From Octopus vulgaris (Eukaryota), in the NCBI GenBank assembly GCA_951406725.2, contig OX597824.1:97588001-97652000 (forward strand): a DNA stretch of 64,000 nt. The letters are read 5' to 3'. This document shows, piece after piece, positions 13,560 through 26,552 of this stretch. A program made the position numbers and the translations under genes. The notes under the pieces were generated by a model. That model ran no database searches. It saw nothing but the letters and a program-made list of their open reading frames with translations, and was not told the origin of the DNA. Positions within the stretch are counted from its first letter, which is position 1. Each line of letters begins with the position of its first letter.

Positions 13560-14560
13560 GTAGGGGTCAACGTACTTGGTTTTAGGATGAAGGGACATAA
13601 GGACTGGTTTCATGACAACGACCCTACAATTGGCCAACTGCTGAAAATGAAATACGTTCTTCACGGAAGGATTTTGAACCAGTACCCTTCGGTGCAGTCA
13701 TTGCAGCCTGTTGCGGAGAGAACTCATAAGAATCTGAAGGAAAACAAGGTAAGATTACGATGGAAACTCAAAAGAACTAAGAATGAGTGTGGATTGAATG
13801 TTTCTTCAGAAATTCAAAGAGCCTACGGTGCAAAGAATTCGAAGCTGTTTTTATGATCTACTTGAAATGATCAATTACTGCAATTTCTCTACAGTCATTA
13901 AAGAACTAGCACAAATCCTGCAGTTCTGGCAAGAACATTTCACTAATTTATTCGACAAGCCATCGGACATCAATTATTATGTGATACAGAGTTTTCGTCA
14001 ATGGAATATAAAATTCATAATGAATCGATTACAAACTTATGGCGAGGTGAACATTGGCTCTCAAACAAATAAAAATCGGTAGAGCACCAGGCCAAGAGGA
14101 TCTTCTCATCAAACTGCTGAAGGGTGGAAGCGAAATGGTAACACACCGCCAAGAACTGAGTTGGCACCACTACACCAAGAGATTGGGTTGATGGCATTCT
14201 AGTGTCTTTGTTTAGGGGTAAAAGAATCTGTGAGTACTACCGTAGCATTACACACTTGAAGTCGGTCGGCTTTTGTTGACCAGAATGATAGAGTATGTGC
14301 CCTGCTGTGATCCCTGAATCACAATGTGACTTTAGACCAGGTAGAAAAACAATCGACATGATATTCTTTGTTAAACAGACACAAGAGAAATGCATTGAAC
14401 AGCAGGTGTCTTTATTTGTTGATTTAACGGCGGAGAATAGAGTTAACAGCCTTCCACTATGGACAATCCTTGGAATGGTCGGTTGCTTATCGCTATTTGT
14501 CAGTATGTTGAAGCGGTTACGTCAAGACGTGAAATCTCGATGCTTCTGTATCGGAAAATT
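13560..14560 (+). mobile_element. RTE-clade LINE ORF fragment, pseudogenised
   Basis: HKDWFHDND, WQEHFTNLF, PESQCDFRPGRKTIDMIF...QEKCIEQ...FVDLT are RTE/BovB-type motifs; frameshifts and stops present. Confidence 0.85.
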
Positions 14561-14680
14561 GTTCGACTTGACAGTTCTGTTCACATTTTTCTGGCTTGGA
14601 TTCATGTTTATGAGTTTTCTAAATGTATGCTTTATGTCCATTCATAAATGCCTCGATACGTACACTCGAACATATAAATA

Positions 14681-15510
14681 CAGTCTGATCAAATGTATCG
14701 GGGCTGGTGTTGTGAAAGGAAACTACGTCACGTGCCAATTCGGCATTTAATCTCCTTCGAAGCAGTTCCCTTCTAAAGTCACACACATTATCCAGCATTG
14801 TTTCCATTGATGGAAGCATTCCTGGAACTCCTTTCTAGGGACAGACGGCCGCTGCATATTCTTCATATTGTCTTGGATTTCCTCGATGGCTTAAAAGCTT
14901 GTTCCGTTCAGAGACCCACACTTCGACACCTGTTATAAGCATTTTCAAGGAGTTTTCCTCTTCCTCGACACAATCAAGAAGACCCTGTCCGGCTGAAACC
15001 CGATCTTGTTTTTGAGACAACCGCACTCTACACCCTTTACTGCCAAGGGCTGCTACAAACAACGGAAGTGAACGAGAACGTTATAACTTAGTGTGCATGC
15101 GCGAAAGAGTTCAAGTGGCCACATTCTCCGTACTTTCATCAGGGCACCACAGTAACAATGTCGATACTTTTTGTTCTGGGACCCCCTTCGGTCACGACAC
15201 TGACCGTGGGATTGCACCTAGAAAGTTACCCTCCTAGTCACAAGTCTGGGCAAGGTGGTTTTATGGAAGACCAGCAGTCGCCCATGCATACCGGCCTCTC
15301 CTCTCCACGCCACCAGTGTTATCCAGCTTGGCACCCGTGACGTCGCAACTCATTTCTACAGCTGAGTGAACTGGAGCAACGTGAAATAAAGTGTCTTGCT
15401 CAAGAACACAACACGCAGCCCGGTCCGGGATTCGAGCTCACAACCTCACGATCGTAAACTCGACGCTCTAACCACTGAGCCATGCGCCTTCACTACTTTT
15501 TGTTCCAGCA
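14681..15510 (-). mobile_element. Internally deleted mariner element with a SINE inserted in one TIR
   Basis: Minus translation LLDCVEEEENSLKMLITGVEVWV (cf. ITGDETWV) and EFQECFHQWKQCWIMCVTLEGNCFEGD*; TA+CAGTCTGATCAAATGTATCG terminus at 14679. Confidence 0.7.
15177..15493 (-). mobile_element. tRNA-derived SINE family C with 12-bp target-site duplication
   Basis: Head GGCGCATGGCTCAGTGGTTAGAG; TACTTTTTGTTC at 15165-15176 and 15494-15505; paralogue at 21981. Confidence 0.9.
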
Positions 15511-15578
15511 ATATATATATATATATATATATTGTTTTACTTGTTTCAGTCATGTGACTACGGCCATACACACATATA

Positions 15579-15613
<35 letters not shown>

Positions 15614-15627
15614 TATATATATTTATA

Positions 15628-16840
15628 CAGACATTACAGAAGTAAATAGACACCCTTATAATCATTAAAATTTATTTAAACCTGAAATTATACATTCAGG
15701 TTATTTATAAGTTATTATATTATATTATTATATCTAATATTTAGTAGACATTCTGTTTGCATTTTTCAATGCAAGGACCCTATTAGGCATGTTACTCATC
15801 AGATGACGAATATTCTCTTGCGGAATTTCTTGCCAAGTTTCATGCATGTAATCTCAAAAGATCTGGCTTTGAAGATGCTTTCTTGTTCTTTTAATGAGGT
15901 GTCTGTCCATTATGTCCCCAAGGTGTTCAATACGGATCACATCTGGTGACTGGCTTGGCCATGGAATCTTTTTAATGCCATTCTCATCTAACAAATCTTG
16001 GGTCATTTTAGCCGTGTGATAAGGAACCCCATCTTCCATAAATGTGGAATCTTTCTAAATCATTTCATCACTGGAGAAGATTGGAAGGAATTCATTCTGC
16101 AATATGGACACATATTTATCTAAGTTTATGTTTCCCTCACACTCCACCAGTTCTGATCAACCATTGCTCCAAATTGCTCGCCAGACCATCACAGAATAAC
16201 TGCCGTGTTTCATTGTTGGTTGCAATCTTTTCACATGAAATTCTTGATCACAGAGTCTCCAGACCCAGGCTCGACCACTGTCAGGAAATACAGCAAATCT
16301 GGACTCATCAGAGAATATGACAGTGTTCCAAAATGCTAGTGGCTTCTCCACCATCTCACAAGCGCAATCTTGTCTCCGCTTCATGTTGGCTGGTCAAAGA
16401 AGTGGCTTCCTTTGTAGAGATACCTGACAACTGTTCTGGGACTGACATCAACTTATTCTGCTGTCAGAAGTATTGCAACGAGAATAATCCTCCACGCTTC
16501 TCTTAACAAAGAGAAGGGTCATGTCAGAAGTCCCTAGTTGATCTGGGCGAAGTGATGTAGACTCCTTTCCATCTCTGGTAAAATGCACAATCATTCTATT
16601 AACTGCAGAAAGCGGAACCCCAAGGTTTACTGCGATTTTACGGTATGTCCACCTTCAGAATGAACCACAAGAAAGCCTCTTTGAAATTCAGACAGTTTCA
16701 CGGTTTCTTTTGTATGTGGCAGTCACATATCGAACCTGAAACATAAAAATGTCAAATGATAAAATATATAAACCTTCGCAAGTTAGAATAAACATAAAAC
16801 GATGTTTGATGGGGCTGTCTATTTACTTCTGTCATGTTTA
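15628..16840 (-). mobile_element. Tc1-family DNA transposon, decayed DD34E transposase
   Basis: TIRs CAGACATTACAGAAGTAAATAGACACCC / GGCTGTCTATTTACTTCTGTCATGTTTA; motifs VIFSDESRF, EDGVPYH, WPSQSPDVIRIEHL. Confidence 0.9.
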
Positions 16841-17305
16841 TGAACATATAAATCATTATGCAACATGGTCGTAGCTTTTCGGCAAATCGTGTATTCGTTC
16901 GATTTCACGGAAACTATACAAAAATGCGCCTGACTTCAGCACCTTGTCCACATTGTGAGAAGAGAAATAAAACAGATTATGCAATAATCTCTTATAACGT
17001 TGATTACTTTATAAATATGAACGACAACTATCAGCCGTTCGGAAACCCATTTATTCTCTCCACAGTTTATTTCAGTACATACACACACACACACACACAC
17101 GCATATATATATATATATATATGCGTGTGTGTGTGTGTGTGTGTGTGTTACATTATACATATATATTATATTATATTTATAAATACGTATGTATATATTG
17201 CCTTCTTAAATTAATTAAATTTACGAGATACATAATTCAGTCTGTCATATTGATTAACAAACTTCATCACGGATGACATCATCTCTAATTTATTGACCTT
17301 CATTC

Positions 17306-17352
<47 letters not shown>

Positions 17353-17661
17353 ACGTAATGTAAACTTTCATTTAATCAAGATGTTCTTGGCCTGATGAGT
17401 AACCTGCGGTATACACCTCACTTGGATATTTACCACTTCAGAAGTTCCGCTCGCTATGAAACATATGTGTCTACTCCATTCCTTAATTCTTTTATTCTCC
17501 TTAGCTTACCCGGCAACCCTAGTTGCCTACCGTGAATTATACAGAACTTTTTCCAATTTTCGATAAGAAAATATCCACAACTTTGTTTCTCAATAAAACA
17601 CTCTGGTCCCTGAAAGTTGCTTTATGAATTGCTTGGAGCTAACTTTCTTCCTACTCCTGGA

Positions 17662-17700
<39 letters not shown>

Positions 17701-17757
17701 CATACATATACATACATACATACACAGACACACACACACATATATATATACACATAT

Positions 17758-17842
<85 letters not shown>

Positions 17843-18129
17843 CACGTAAATTCACACAAGAATATATCACGTGAACTAACCGAAATGTAAACTAACCAAG
17901 ATGAATATATTAAAATATATTAAAGTAAAGTGAAGATATATTACATGTAAAAATCACGCAACGGCGTTGCACCAGCATGGCCACAGCTTTGAGCTGGAAA
18001 TGCTAAAACGATGTGTTTACCATTATTTCGTTCATATCAAAAATTCAACCAAAACTCTCGTCAGATGGAGCACAAGTAAATCACAGCTGAAATAATCTGA
18101 CTTCTACACGTCCATACATAATGACTCAC

Positions 18130-18185
18130 CCTTGACACAACAAAACTTGTTTCAACACACGGATTCACATAAAGAATCTTGCAAA
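18130..18185 (-). other. Candidate 56-nt exon
   Basis: Acceptor TTGCTTTCACTTTTGCATCTAG, donor AGG|GTGAGT; one open frame (CKILYVNPCVETSFVVSR). Confidence 0.2.
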
Positions 18186-18207
18186 CTAGATGCAAAAGTG
18201 AAAGCAA

Positions 18208-18239
<32 letters not shown>

Positions 18240-18733
18240 TGTGCGTGCGTGTGTGTATGTGTGTGTCTGAATCTATGCGGGTGTGGGAGTAGGTAATGAG
18301 CTTCCTGAGATAGGAGGTGTACCCCATTTGAATGCCATTGAATAAAATATCTTTTCCCTTCGCACGTTGACGTCTCCATCTACGTGAATCAACATGTTTA
18401 GTTTATTCCATGCTTGGAGATATAAATGATATTCTTTAGAATATGACAAGAATGTAGTTTCTTTTGAATGACAATACTTTTTTAAAGAACAAAATCAATA
18501 AACGGATAGCTTTGAGCAAGCTAAAGGAATATAACAATTTGTAGCCTAACTTAATTAAACACAACACAAGGCCAGTACATTAAAATAAGCGTTTTCTAGA
18601 GCTGGGTGCGTACGAAATACGCAAGTGAAAACTTTTTCACCCGGAGGACAAATAAAATATATTTGAACTGAACAGAGTTTAAATTATGTAAATGGATTCA
18701 ACGGAATTCATCTTATACACTCAAATATATATA

Positions 18734-18950
18734 CAGGGTGGTCGAAAAGTGCGTTTACAGTTATCACGTAGGCACTTTAAATTTCTTTTAAAAAAACATT
18801 TTATTACATTTTAAATTTCTATTTTACAATTAACTAAATTAGCATAGAATAATGATATCATTTTTTTTTAATAATTAAGATCTAAACTGTTAATATATGA
18901 ATGTGAAAGTGAAAGTTGAATAACAGTAAACCTACTTTTGGGCCACCCTG
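18734..18950. mobile_element. Tc1/mariner-type MITE, 217 bp, TA target duplication
   Basis: TA|CAGGGTGGTCGAAAAGTGCGTTTACAGTT ... AACAGTAAACCTACTTTTGGGCCACCCTG|TA. Confidence 0.85.
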
Positions 18951-19564
18951 TATTATGTGTGTTTGTATTTGTGTATGCCTGCGTTTGTCTGTGCTTGTGT
19001 ATGTGTGTGGGCGTGTGTATGCGTGTGTATATATATATGTGTGTGTGTGTGTTTGTATATATTACAGATTTTTATTTAGAGAAGTTGAAAAGAAGGTGAA
19101 CATTCGATGCCATCGTAGTCAAGTTGTTTATATTTTGTAGAGTCCTGAATGAATTTGCTCGTGACAAAATGTATTCCGGCTATGACCATCTCTCTCGTCT
19201 CATTTAGGGTCCGTCCGGGTTCATATATGCCTAATATCCATTAATGTAGCGGATGGGATTTTTCAGAAAGATGTTTAACCCTATTTTAGGCTCGTTAGCG
19301 AATAATATTGCAAGGAAGAATCCTAAAACTAAAATTTATAAAGCGAAAATTCGACAGTAGTATTAGTAGAAGCAAAGTGCTTTTAAATGTACATAGTAGC
19401 AAATACCTTTTGGTCTGCTATCTTACGATCACACTATCATCTTAGCATCAAGCAACTTTTACAGCCAACTTTTAATTTCTTTTTTTATTTTGACAGACAT
19501 TCTCTTGAACAATACTTTGTAAAAATCCAAAAACAAGGCAGCTATCTACCATCTTAGTGATAAA

Positions 19565-19670
19565 CCGACTTGAACTTCTAACTTGTCTCTTGAGGTCTCT
19601 GGATGAGATTTGGAGTCAACATGTATAAACACAAAGCAAAATTCAAGCATAATTCTAAGATGACAATCTT
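19565..19670 (+). repeat. Unclassified interspersed repeat, second copy at ~40245-40350
   Basis: ACTTGAACTTCTAACTTGT..TTGAGGTC.CTGGATGAGA.TTGGAG.CAAC.TGTA.AAA.ACAAAGCAAAA is shared by both copies. Confidence 0.7.
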
Positions 19671-19689
19671 GTAGGGTTTCCCCATAAAG

Positions 19690-19990
19690 ACTGACCATTC
19701 TATTGAATCAAGAAGACAGGATGTAATCATAGAAAACAAAATCAAACAACAGTTTAAAATCATAGATTCTGCAGTTCCCTGTGATAACAGATTCGATAAC
19801 AAAGTAATTGAAAAAAAATGAGAAATAACATAACATGGGCTGAGAGATGAAGAGGTTGAAGAAGTTTAAGACAACAATCGTTCCTATGGTAATTGGTGCC
19901 CTTGGCACAAACCCCAAACCGCCACCGAAAAGATTGAAGAATTGTTTTGCTGCTGGAAAGTGTTGTCTTGTATTCTGCAAGAATTCTAAG
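19690..19990 (+). mobile_element. R4/Dong-clade LINE C-terminal restriction-like endonuclease fragment
   Basis: DHSIESRRQDVII...IIDSAVPCD...IVPMVIGALG. Confidence 0.75.
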
Positions 19991-20279
19991 GAAGATTCTG
20001 TGATAAGACTTATCTCAAAAGCTCAATCAATTAACTGTAGATGGTATCGAAGAATCCCACTCCCTAAAAATTCCTGGTCTTGTGCATGGAACTTGAAAGG
20101 AACGAAGTTAGTCTACACCAACGACCCTCGTATTTCACTGGTACTCAATTATCGACCCCGGGTGGGTGAAATGGACAGCTGACTTCGGTGAGATTTGAAC
20201 TGGGAATCTAGAATTGTAACAAATACCGTAAAGTATTTTTTCAACACGAAATTTATAACCTAAATTAATAACTGGGTCT

Positions 20280-20585
20280 GCGTCGGTTACGACGACGAGT
20301 GTTCGAGTTGATCCGATCAACGGAACATCCTGCTTGTGCAATCAACGTGTAAGTGGCTGAGCACTCCACAGACTCACACTCCCTTAATGTAGTTCTTAAG
20401 GAGATTCAGCTTGACGAAGAATGTGACAAGACTGGCCCCTTTTGAATTACAGGTACTGACTTCTTTTTGTCAGCTGAGTGGACTGGTGCAACGAGGAATA
20501 AATTTTCTTGCGCAAGGACACAACGTGCCGCCGGGAATCGAACACATGTCCTTGCGATTTTGAGCTGAATACCTTAACCACTAAA
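20280..20585 (-). mobile_element. tRNA-derived SINE family E
   Basis: Minus head GTGGTTAAGGTATTCAGCT...GTTCGATTCCCGG followed by TGTGTCCTTG core. Confidence 0.75.
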
Positions 20586-20914
20586 CAACGAACATTCACC
20601 ACCTGAATTAATATAATAACACCAGAACCCTATTACTACCGCCCCTGCCACTACCACTTCCTTGAATTCCTTAACTCCTAAGTTGTCGTTGCAATGGGTG
20701 AAAGAATGGGGCTGCCTTATCGGGGATCTTGTAGTATACAGAGTGCCGCTGCCGCTGCCAATGTTGTTGACATGTTGGGTAGGAACTAAGAGATGCGGTG
20801 GCAGCATAAATCAAAAGAGATTGGTGTTGTTTTAGATGGAACGTTACACCATAGAGGTTAGTTGTAATGGAGTTAGTCGTTGCAGTTATTTTGAGCTTGG
20901 ATGTGCTAAAAGTA

Positions 20915-21110
20915 GGCCATGTTTTACCCTTTCTTGCCTACAGTTTTGCCATCGCTGCATTCCACTCATTGCAAACTCATTGTCTCTGTCAAGTTCAAGG
21001 TCTTCCTCGGTATTAGATACCGTTGAGAATACAAGCTAAGATGTAAAGCCCTAAAAGTTCCCACACATCGTCTCAGACATATGACCCCATGTTTACGTCG
21101 AATGAACTTG
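20915..21110 (-). mobile_element. Degenerate Penelope-like element RT fragment
   Basis: Minus translation FDVNMGSYV*DDVWELLGLYIL ... LDRDNEFA resembles the PLE motif [22 protein letters not shown]...LYRDDGLA. Confidence 0.55.
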
Positions 21111-21560
21111 TTTTAATCCGACTGCATTCTTTTCGAACAGTGGGGGTTGTCTAGCATGCGTTATTATAGTATAGCTGTATCGTTCGTAACTATTGTATCG
21201 TAGTTCATAACAAAATCTATGGCGTTACGTAGCAAAGTTTGAGAATTGAAAAGTTACGAATTCAACAAAGTAGAGAATTGAATAAGCCTGTAGTTATGCC
21301 TATTGTTGATATCATATTGTAACAGCTAACGACGTCATTATTATTATTTCACTGAAGTAGGTTGGTGTCCTTCCTGATGCTATTGTTAATATTGTTTAGA
21401 ATCTTCCTAATAACTAATCCAAGCTCATATTTTCTGGGTTGATCAACCCGATATGTTGTCGGGTACAAAGTTTTTTATGATTCTCCATTGTCATAAATAT
21501 ATCTATCTCTAGTCTATTGTATAACTTTAGTGTGAATATATATATACACCTATACATACA

Positions 21561-21610
<50 letters not shown>

Positions 21611-21763
21611 CCTATACATATATATACATATATACCTATACATATATATATATACCTATACATACATATATATATATACATATATATATATACCTATACA
21701 TATATATATATATATACCTATACATACATATATATACCTATACATATATATATATATATATAC

Positions 21764-21797
<34 letters not shown>

Positions 21798-21980
21798 ATA
21801 AATATATATACCTATACATATATATACCTATACATATATACGAAAACTTCCTTCAAAAACGATTTCGTGTCATTCGGGTTTTCTGAGATTTTATATATTT
21901 TTGATAATTTAAAGAAACATTTTTCTACAAACACACACACACAGTGTTTATATAAGGCTTGTGGCTCAGTGGTTAATATA

Positions 21981-22310
21981 AGGCGCATGGCTCAGTGGTT
22001 AGAGAGTCGGACTGAATCATGAGCTAGTGAGTTCGATTCCCAGACTGGGCTGTCTTGTGTTCTTGAGCAAGACACTTTATTTCACGTTGCTCCAGTTCAC
22101 TCAGCTGCAGAAATGAGTTGCAATGTCACAGGTGCCAAGCTGTATCGGTCTTTCCCTTTCCCTTGGATAACATCGGTGGCTTGGAGAGGGGATACTGGTG
22201 TGCATGGGTGACCACTGGTCTTCCATAAAACAACCTTGCCCGGACTTGTACCTTGGAGGGGAACTTTCTAGGTGCAGTCCCATGGTCCTTCATGACCGAA
22301 GCCAGTTTTT
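21981..22310 (+). mobile_element. SINE family C with a partial head duplication at ~21955
   Basis: GGCGCATGGCTCAGTGGTTAGAG...GAGTTCGATTCCC; inverse match to 15177-15493. Confidence 0.85.
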
Positions 22311-22680
22311 ACTCTTTATAAGTCTTATAACTTATGCCGTGTCCTCCTGAAACACATCTGTGCGTTGAATGTAATATGATGTTTGCATATAGATGCCATA
22401 TTTTGAATACGATAGCATTTGGAATTTCTGGTGAATTCTATTTGCAAAGTAATTACATTAATTACATAACAAAACGACTGGAAAAATTTGGAATATTTTT
22501 AATTCCATGAATTGTTTAAGAAGAATGTTTGTCTGAAGAATTACGAATGAGAGATTCTATATTTGTTTTTAGAACATGAATGCTTTTGTTATTTCCTATC
22601 TTGGAAGGCAACAGGTGTAACAAGGAATTTAAATTATATCGATTTTTTTCTTCTCTTTTCTCTTAATATGTGTGTGTGTG

Positions 22681-22780
<100 letters not shown>

Positions 22781-22865
22781 GAAAAGTGTAGAATATCTAT
22801 ATATGGACAAATATGCATGTATAAATGTATATGCACATGTGCATATAGTTACACATACACACACC

Positions 22866-22897
<32 letters not shown>

Positions 22898-23374
22898 AAT
22901 ATACTGAGAGGGAAAGTGTGTGTGCGCGCACGCATGCGCTGTGTGCGTTTTATATATCTAGAGTAGGCCTGTACACTTGCTTATCTCCCTTGTTCACTCT
23001 TTGGTCAAAGTGTACATTCTTCGCTCTTTTAATTGTTTGATTTTGTTTACGTTGGTTTTGAAGCAAAAACAAGGAAAATCTTCAAAATAAAGTCATTTTA
23101 ATTAAGGAAATATTCCATAAACCAGTTAAGATTTTCTTATATCCTTGATATCATACTTATTTGATTTTAATATTTTTTATTTTCATTTTTTTTTTCGTTA
23201 AAGGAAGGGTATAAATATTTCACCTGCTTTCGTTATTCTAACGTAATATAATAGAAAGAAAAAAAAGGTAAACTGTTTAAATGTTTTTTAAATAAACTTC
23301 CTTTTGAAATTGTCCTGAAATGTCTTTTAAAAGTCTATTATTTTATCATTAAAATATTTCCAAATATTTCCGCA

Positions 23375-23537
23375 AGCGTAGCTGTGTGGTAAGAAGTTTG
23401 TTTCTCAACTACATGGTTCCGAGTTCAGTTCCTCTGCTCGGTACCTTTGACAAATGTTTTCTGCTATAGCCTTGGACCAACCAAATCCCTGAGAGTGGAA
23501 TTTGTAGACAGAAACTTAAAGGAAGCCGGTTATATAC

Positions 23538-23576
<39 letters not shown>

Positions 23577-23760
23577 ACCTACGCTTGACAACTGGTGTTC
23601 TCGTCCCCATAAATTAAGAGTTCGTGAAAAGAGACCGACTGAATAAAAACTAGGTTTTACAAGAAAAAATATACTAAATACTGGAGTCCATTCGTTTGAC
23701 TACAATTCTTCAAGGTGGTACCCCAGCATGACCGCAGTATAATGATTGAAACAAGTAAAA
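23375..23760 (+). mobile_element. SINE family B with internal (TG)n
   Basis: GCGTAGCTGTGTGGTAAGAAG head; CCCCAGCATGACCGCAG...GAAACAAGTAAAA tail. Confidence 0.8.
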
Positions 23761-24712
23761 TATGTAAGAACAAAAGATAAATTGAGACATTTCATCTTTC
23801 GACATTACAGTCTTCTTCTATTGGTCTTTCATGCTTTTGGCAGTTTGAACTTTAGGTCATTTGAATCTCAACTGATTTTAAGTTCTACATTATCGCTTTC
23901 GTGTTAACAGGACTTTCCCTCTGCCTGAAAAATCTTAGCTTTTCCAAATTGTCATTCGAAGATTTTCCACCAAGACCAAATACATCAATGATTATTTGTA
24001 AATGTGAATATATTATCAGGATAGGGGGAGCTACAAGTGTCGTAGCAGTTGACTAAGAAGAGACTCTCTTGCTCTAAGATTGGAAGAGATGTTCTTACGT
24101 GCAAGGATAGCTATCATCAATGACTATTCACGATATTTCTTTGAGCTCCAAACATCTAAACCAGTTCTGTTGTGTTTTGATGGGAATATTCCAGTATTAC
24201 TTATCTTGACATGGATGGATGGATTCACTTACAGCGGTGTTGTTGTTTTGTTTATCCCAGGATATCCATTTCAGCAGAATGGATTGTACGATGTCTTAGT
24301 AATAACATCATACTGTAATGGGAAGTATAATTCCTCGATTGGGGTGGCAGCTGTTTGCATTTATTTTTTACAGACGAGTGACATAATTGCAGCAATCGAT
24401 TATGTCACTCTTTTGTGACGTACATACATATCACTCGACACAGGAAAGCGAGTGTGTGTGTGTATTATTATTATTATTATTACAAGCTGAAGTGTTTCAA
24501 TCCGTAGATATTTTGAAACGATAACTAATTTGCGGAAGATATCTTCTCAAGAGGTAAAGAAAAGAATGGAAATTTTCTAAGGACGTGGGTGGAGTTTTTT
24601 TTGGGTTTTTTTCCGTTATAAATTGCTAACAGAGAAGCAGAGAATGAGATAGAAAAGTTAAAGAGTGAGAAAGAGAGAGAGGGAGATGCCGATGTTATAT
24701 TTCTTTCTACAG

Positions 24713-24760
24713 CTAATATACAAGGTGCCCGGTGAAAAAGAAAAACATGCATACATTCTG
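24713..24760 (+). CDS. Candidate 48-nt phase-0 micro-exon (LIYKVPGEKEKHAYIL)
   Basis: Acceptor TATTTCTTTCTACAG, donor CTG|GTGAGT; only frame 0 is open. Confidence 0.3.
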
Positions 24761-24938
24761 GTGAGTAATTACAAATGACAGTTATAAGAGTCATGTAAAC
24801 AAATTAAATAACCAACAACAACAACAGCAACAACGACAACAACAACAGCAAGAGTAACAATCACTGCAGCCTAATGCAGCACCTTTATCGAATTGTAATT
24901 GATTGATTGAATAAGAGAATGTCATCCCATGTCTTTTG

Positions 24939-24952
24939 GTTGGCATAGCAAC
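24939..24952. promoter_or_regulatory. RFX X-box-like palindrome GTTGGCATAGCAAC
   Basis: 12/14 match to GTTGCCATGGCAAC, in non-repetitive sequence. Confidence 0.35.
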
Positions 24953-25009
24953 AGGGGACTGGAGAAAAACAACTGGAGTTCTATGAAAGATGATGGTAAT
25001 TACATGTGA

Positions 25010-25072
<63 letters not shown>

Positions 25073-25480
25073 TGTTAGAGTGAGTCTGCGTGTCTGTGTG
25101 TGTGTGTTAGAGTGAGTCTGCGTGTGTTTCTGTGCTCGTGAAACTCTGATCCAACACATCTCCGGTTACACATATCCAAACTGCGAGCATCCTGTCTTAT
25201 TTATCTCACAAAAATATGTCTACCTAGGAAGACATTATCACATGTGTCCTTCCTCTCTATCGACGCTGCAGTTTAATTTTGGATCACAGGCGAAGCAGTT
25301 GTTCTATGATCAACGTTTGATCAGGCATGACCATCACGTTCAGGATTCCCCTAGTTTATGTCTCGCTGCATGTTGCCGTTTAGCCCCAGGTTGTGTCTGG
25401 TCCACAGGCCTATAAGCGAAACTAGTCCACCCGTGTTCATTTTTTGATGATCCTTGTACATCAAGGACTACATTATCTAT

Positions 25481-25648
25481 AGGCGTGGTTGTGTGGTAAG
25501 AAGCTTGCTTCCCAACTATATGGTTCCAGGTTCAGTCCCACTGCGTGGCACCTTGGGTAAGGGTCTTCTACTATTGCCTCGGACCCACCAAAGCCATGAG
25601 ATTGGATTTGGTAGACGGAAACTGAAAGAATCCTGTCGTATATATGTG

Positions 25649-25680
<32 letters not shown>

Positions 25681-25900
25681 TAGAGGATAGATTTGAGTGT
25701 GTGTATTTGTGCCCGTCCCCACCAACGCTTGACAACCGGTGTGGGTGTGTTTACGACCCCGAACCTTAGCGGTTCGGCATAAGAGTGACCGATAGAGTAA
25801 GTATCAAGCTTAAAAAAAAATTCTGAAATCGATTCATTCGACTGAAAATTCAAGGCGGTGCTGCAGCATGGCCGCAATCCAATGACTGAAACAAGATAAA
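25481..25900 (+). mobile_element. SINE family B, near full length
   Basis: GGCGTGGTTGTGTGGTAAGAAGCTTGCTTCCC...GGTTCAGTCCCACTG; tail CAGCATGGCCGCAATCCAATGACTGAAAC. Confidence 0.85.
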
Positions 25901-26365
25901 CGATATACTCGGGTTTCGTAAACTTGTGTTAGGGAAGGATTTTGTTAGAGAATTCTTGGTTGCCGTGGAGAGGATGCAACCAGGATGCAGCAGAAACCCT
26001 ACTTTCTAATACAACCCTTATCAATAAGCGTAATGATGCAGTATATTAATTGAAATCACAAAATACCCAGCAGTTTTAAATCCTCTAAAAATAAGACACT
26101 TAAGATAACTGCTAATTTTACAGCTAAGAAACGAGGCTTCAGCCTTCCTCGCTTGTTCTGTATTGTTCTGCATCTCTCTGTCTCTTAACAACTTCTCTCT
26201 TCGTTTAATGTTAACTCATTGAAATCTTACTCTCCATCATTTTCCAAACTTCCAACGTTTCTGCAGCTTCAACAAATAACTGTATGACCTCTTATTGTTA
26301 TATTTTGTTCTGTTATTTGACCTAAGTATGCGTGTATGCACACACACACACACGCACACACACAC

Positions 26366-26403
<38 letters not shown>

Positions 26404-26481
26404 TATATTTAGAATTAGAAGTATAATATAATGTGTGTTCCTTTCTATAAATGATGAACAGATATTTGTGTATTTAAATGA

Positions 26482-26552
<71 letters not shown>

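Noticed and set aside
15177-15493. tRNA genes at SINE heads (also 3560-3630 and 21981-22050)
   Set aside because: A and B boxes are present but they run on into SINE bodies and recur as dispersed copies
23790-24410. Possible very old LINE fragments (also 1500-1920, 42000-42300, 44120-45100, 59050-59330, 62860-63240)
   Set aside because: Only faint motif echoes; too degenerate to assign without a profile search
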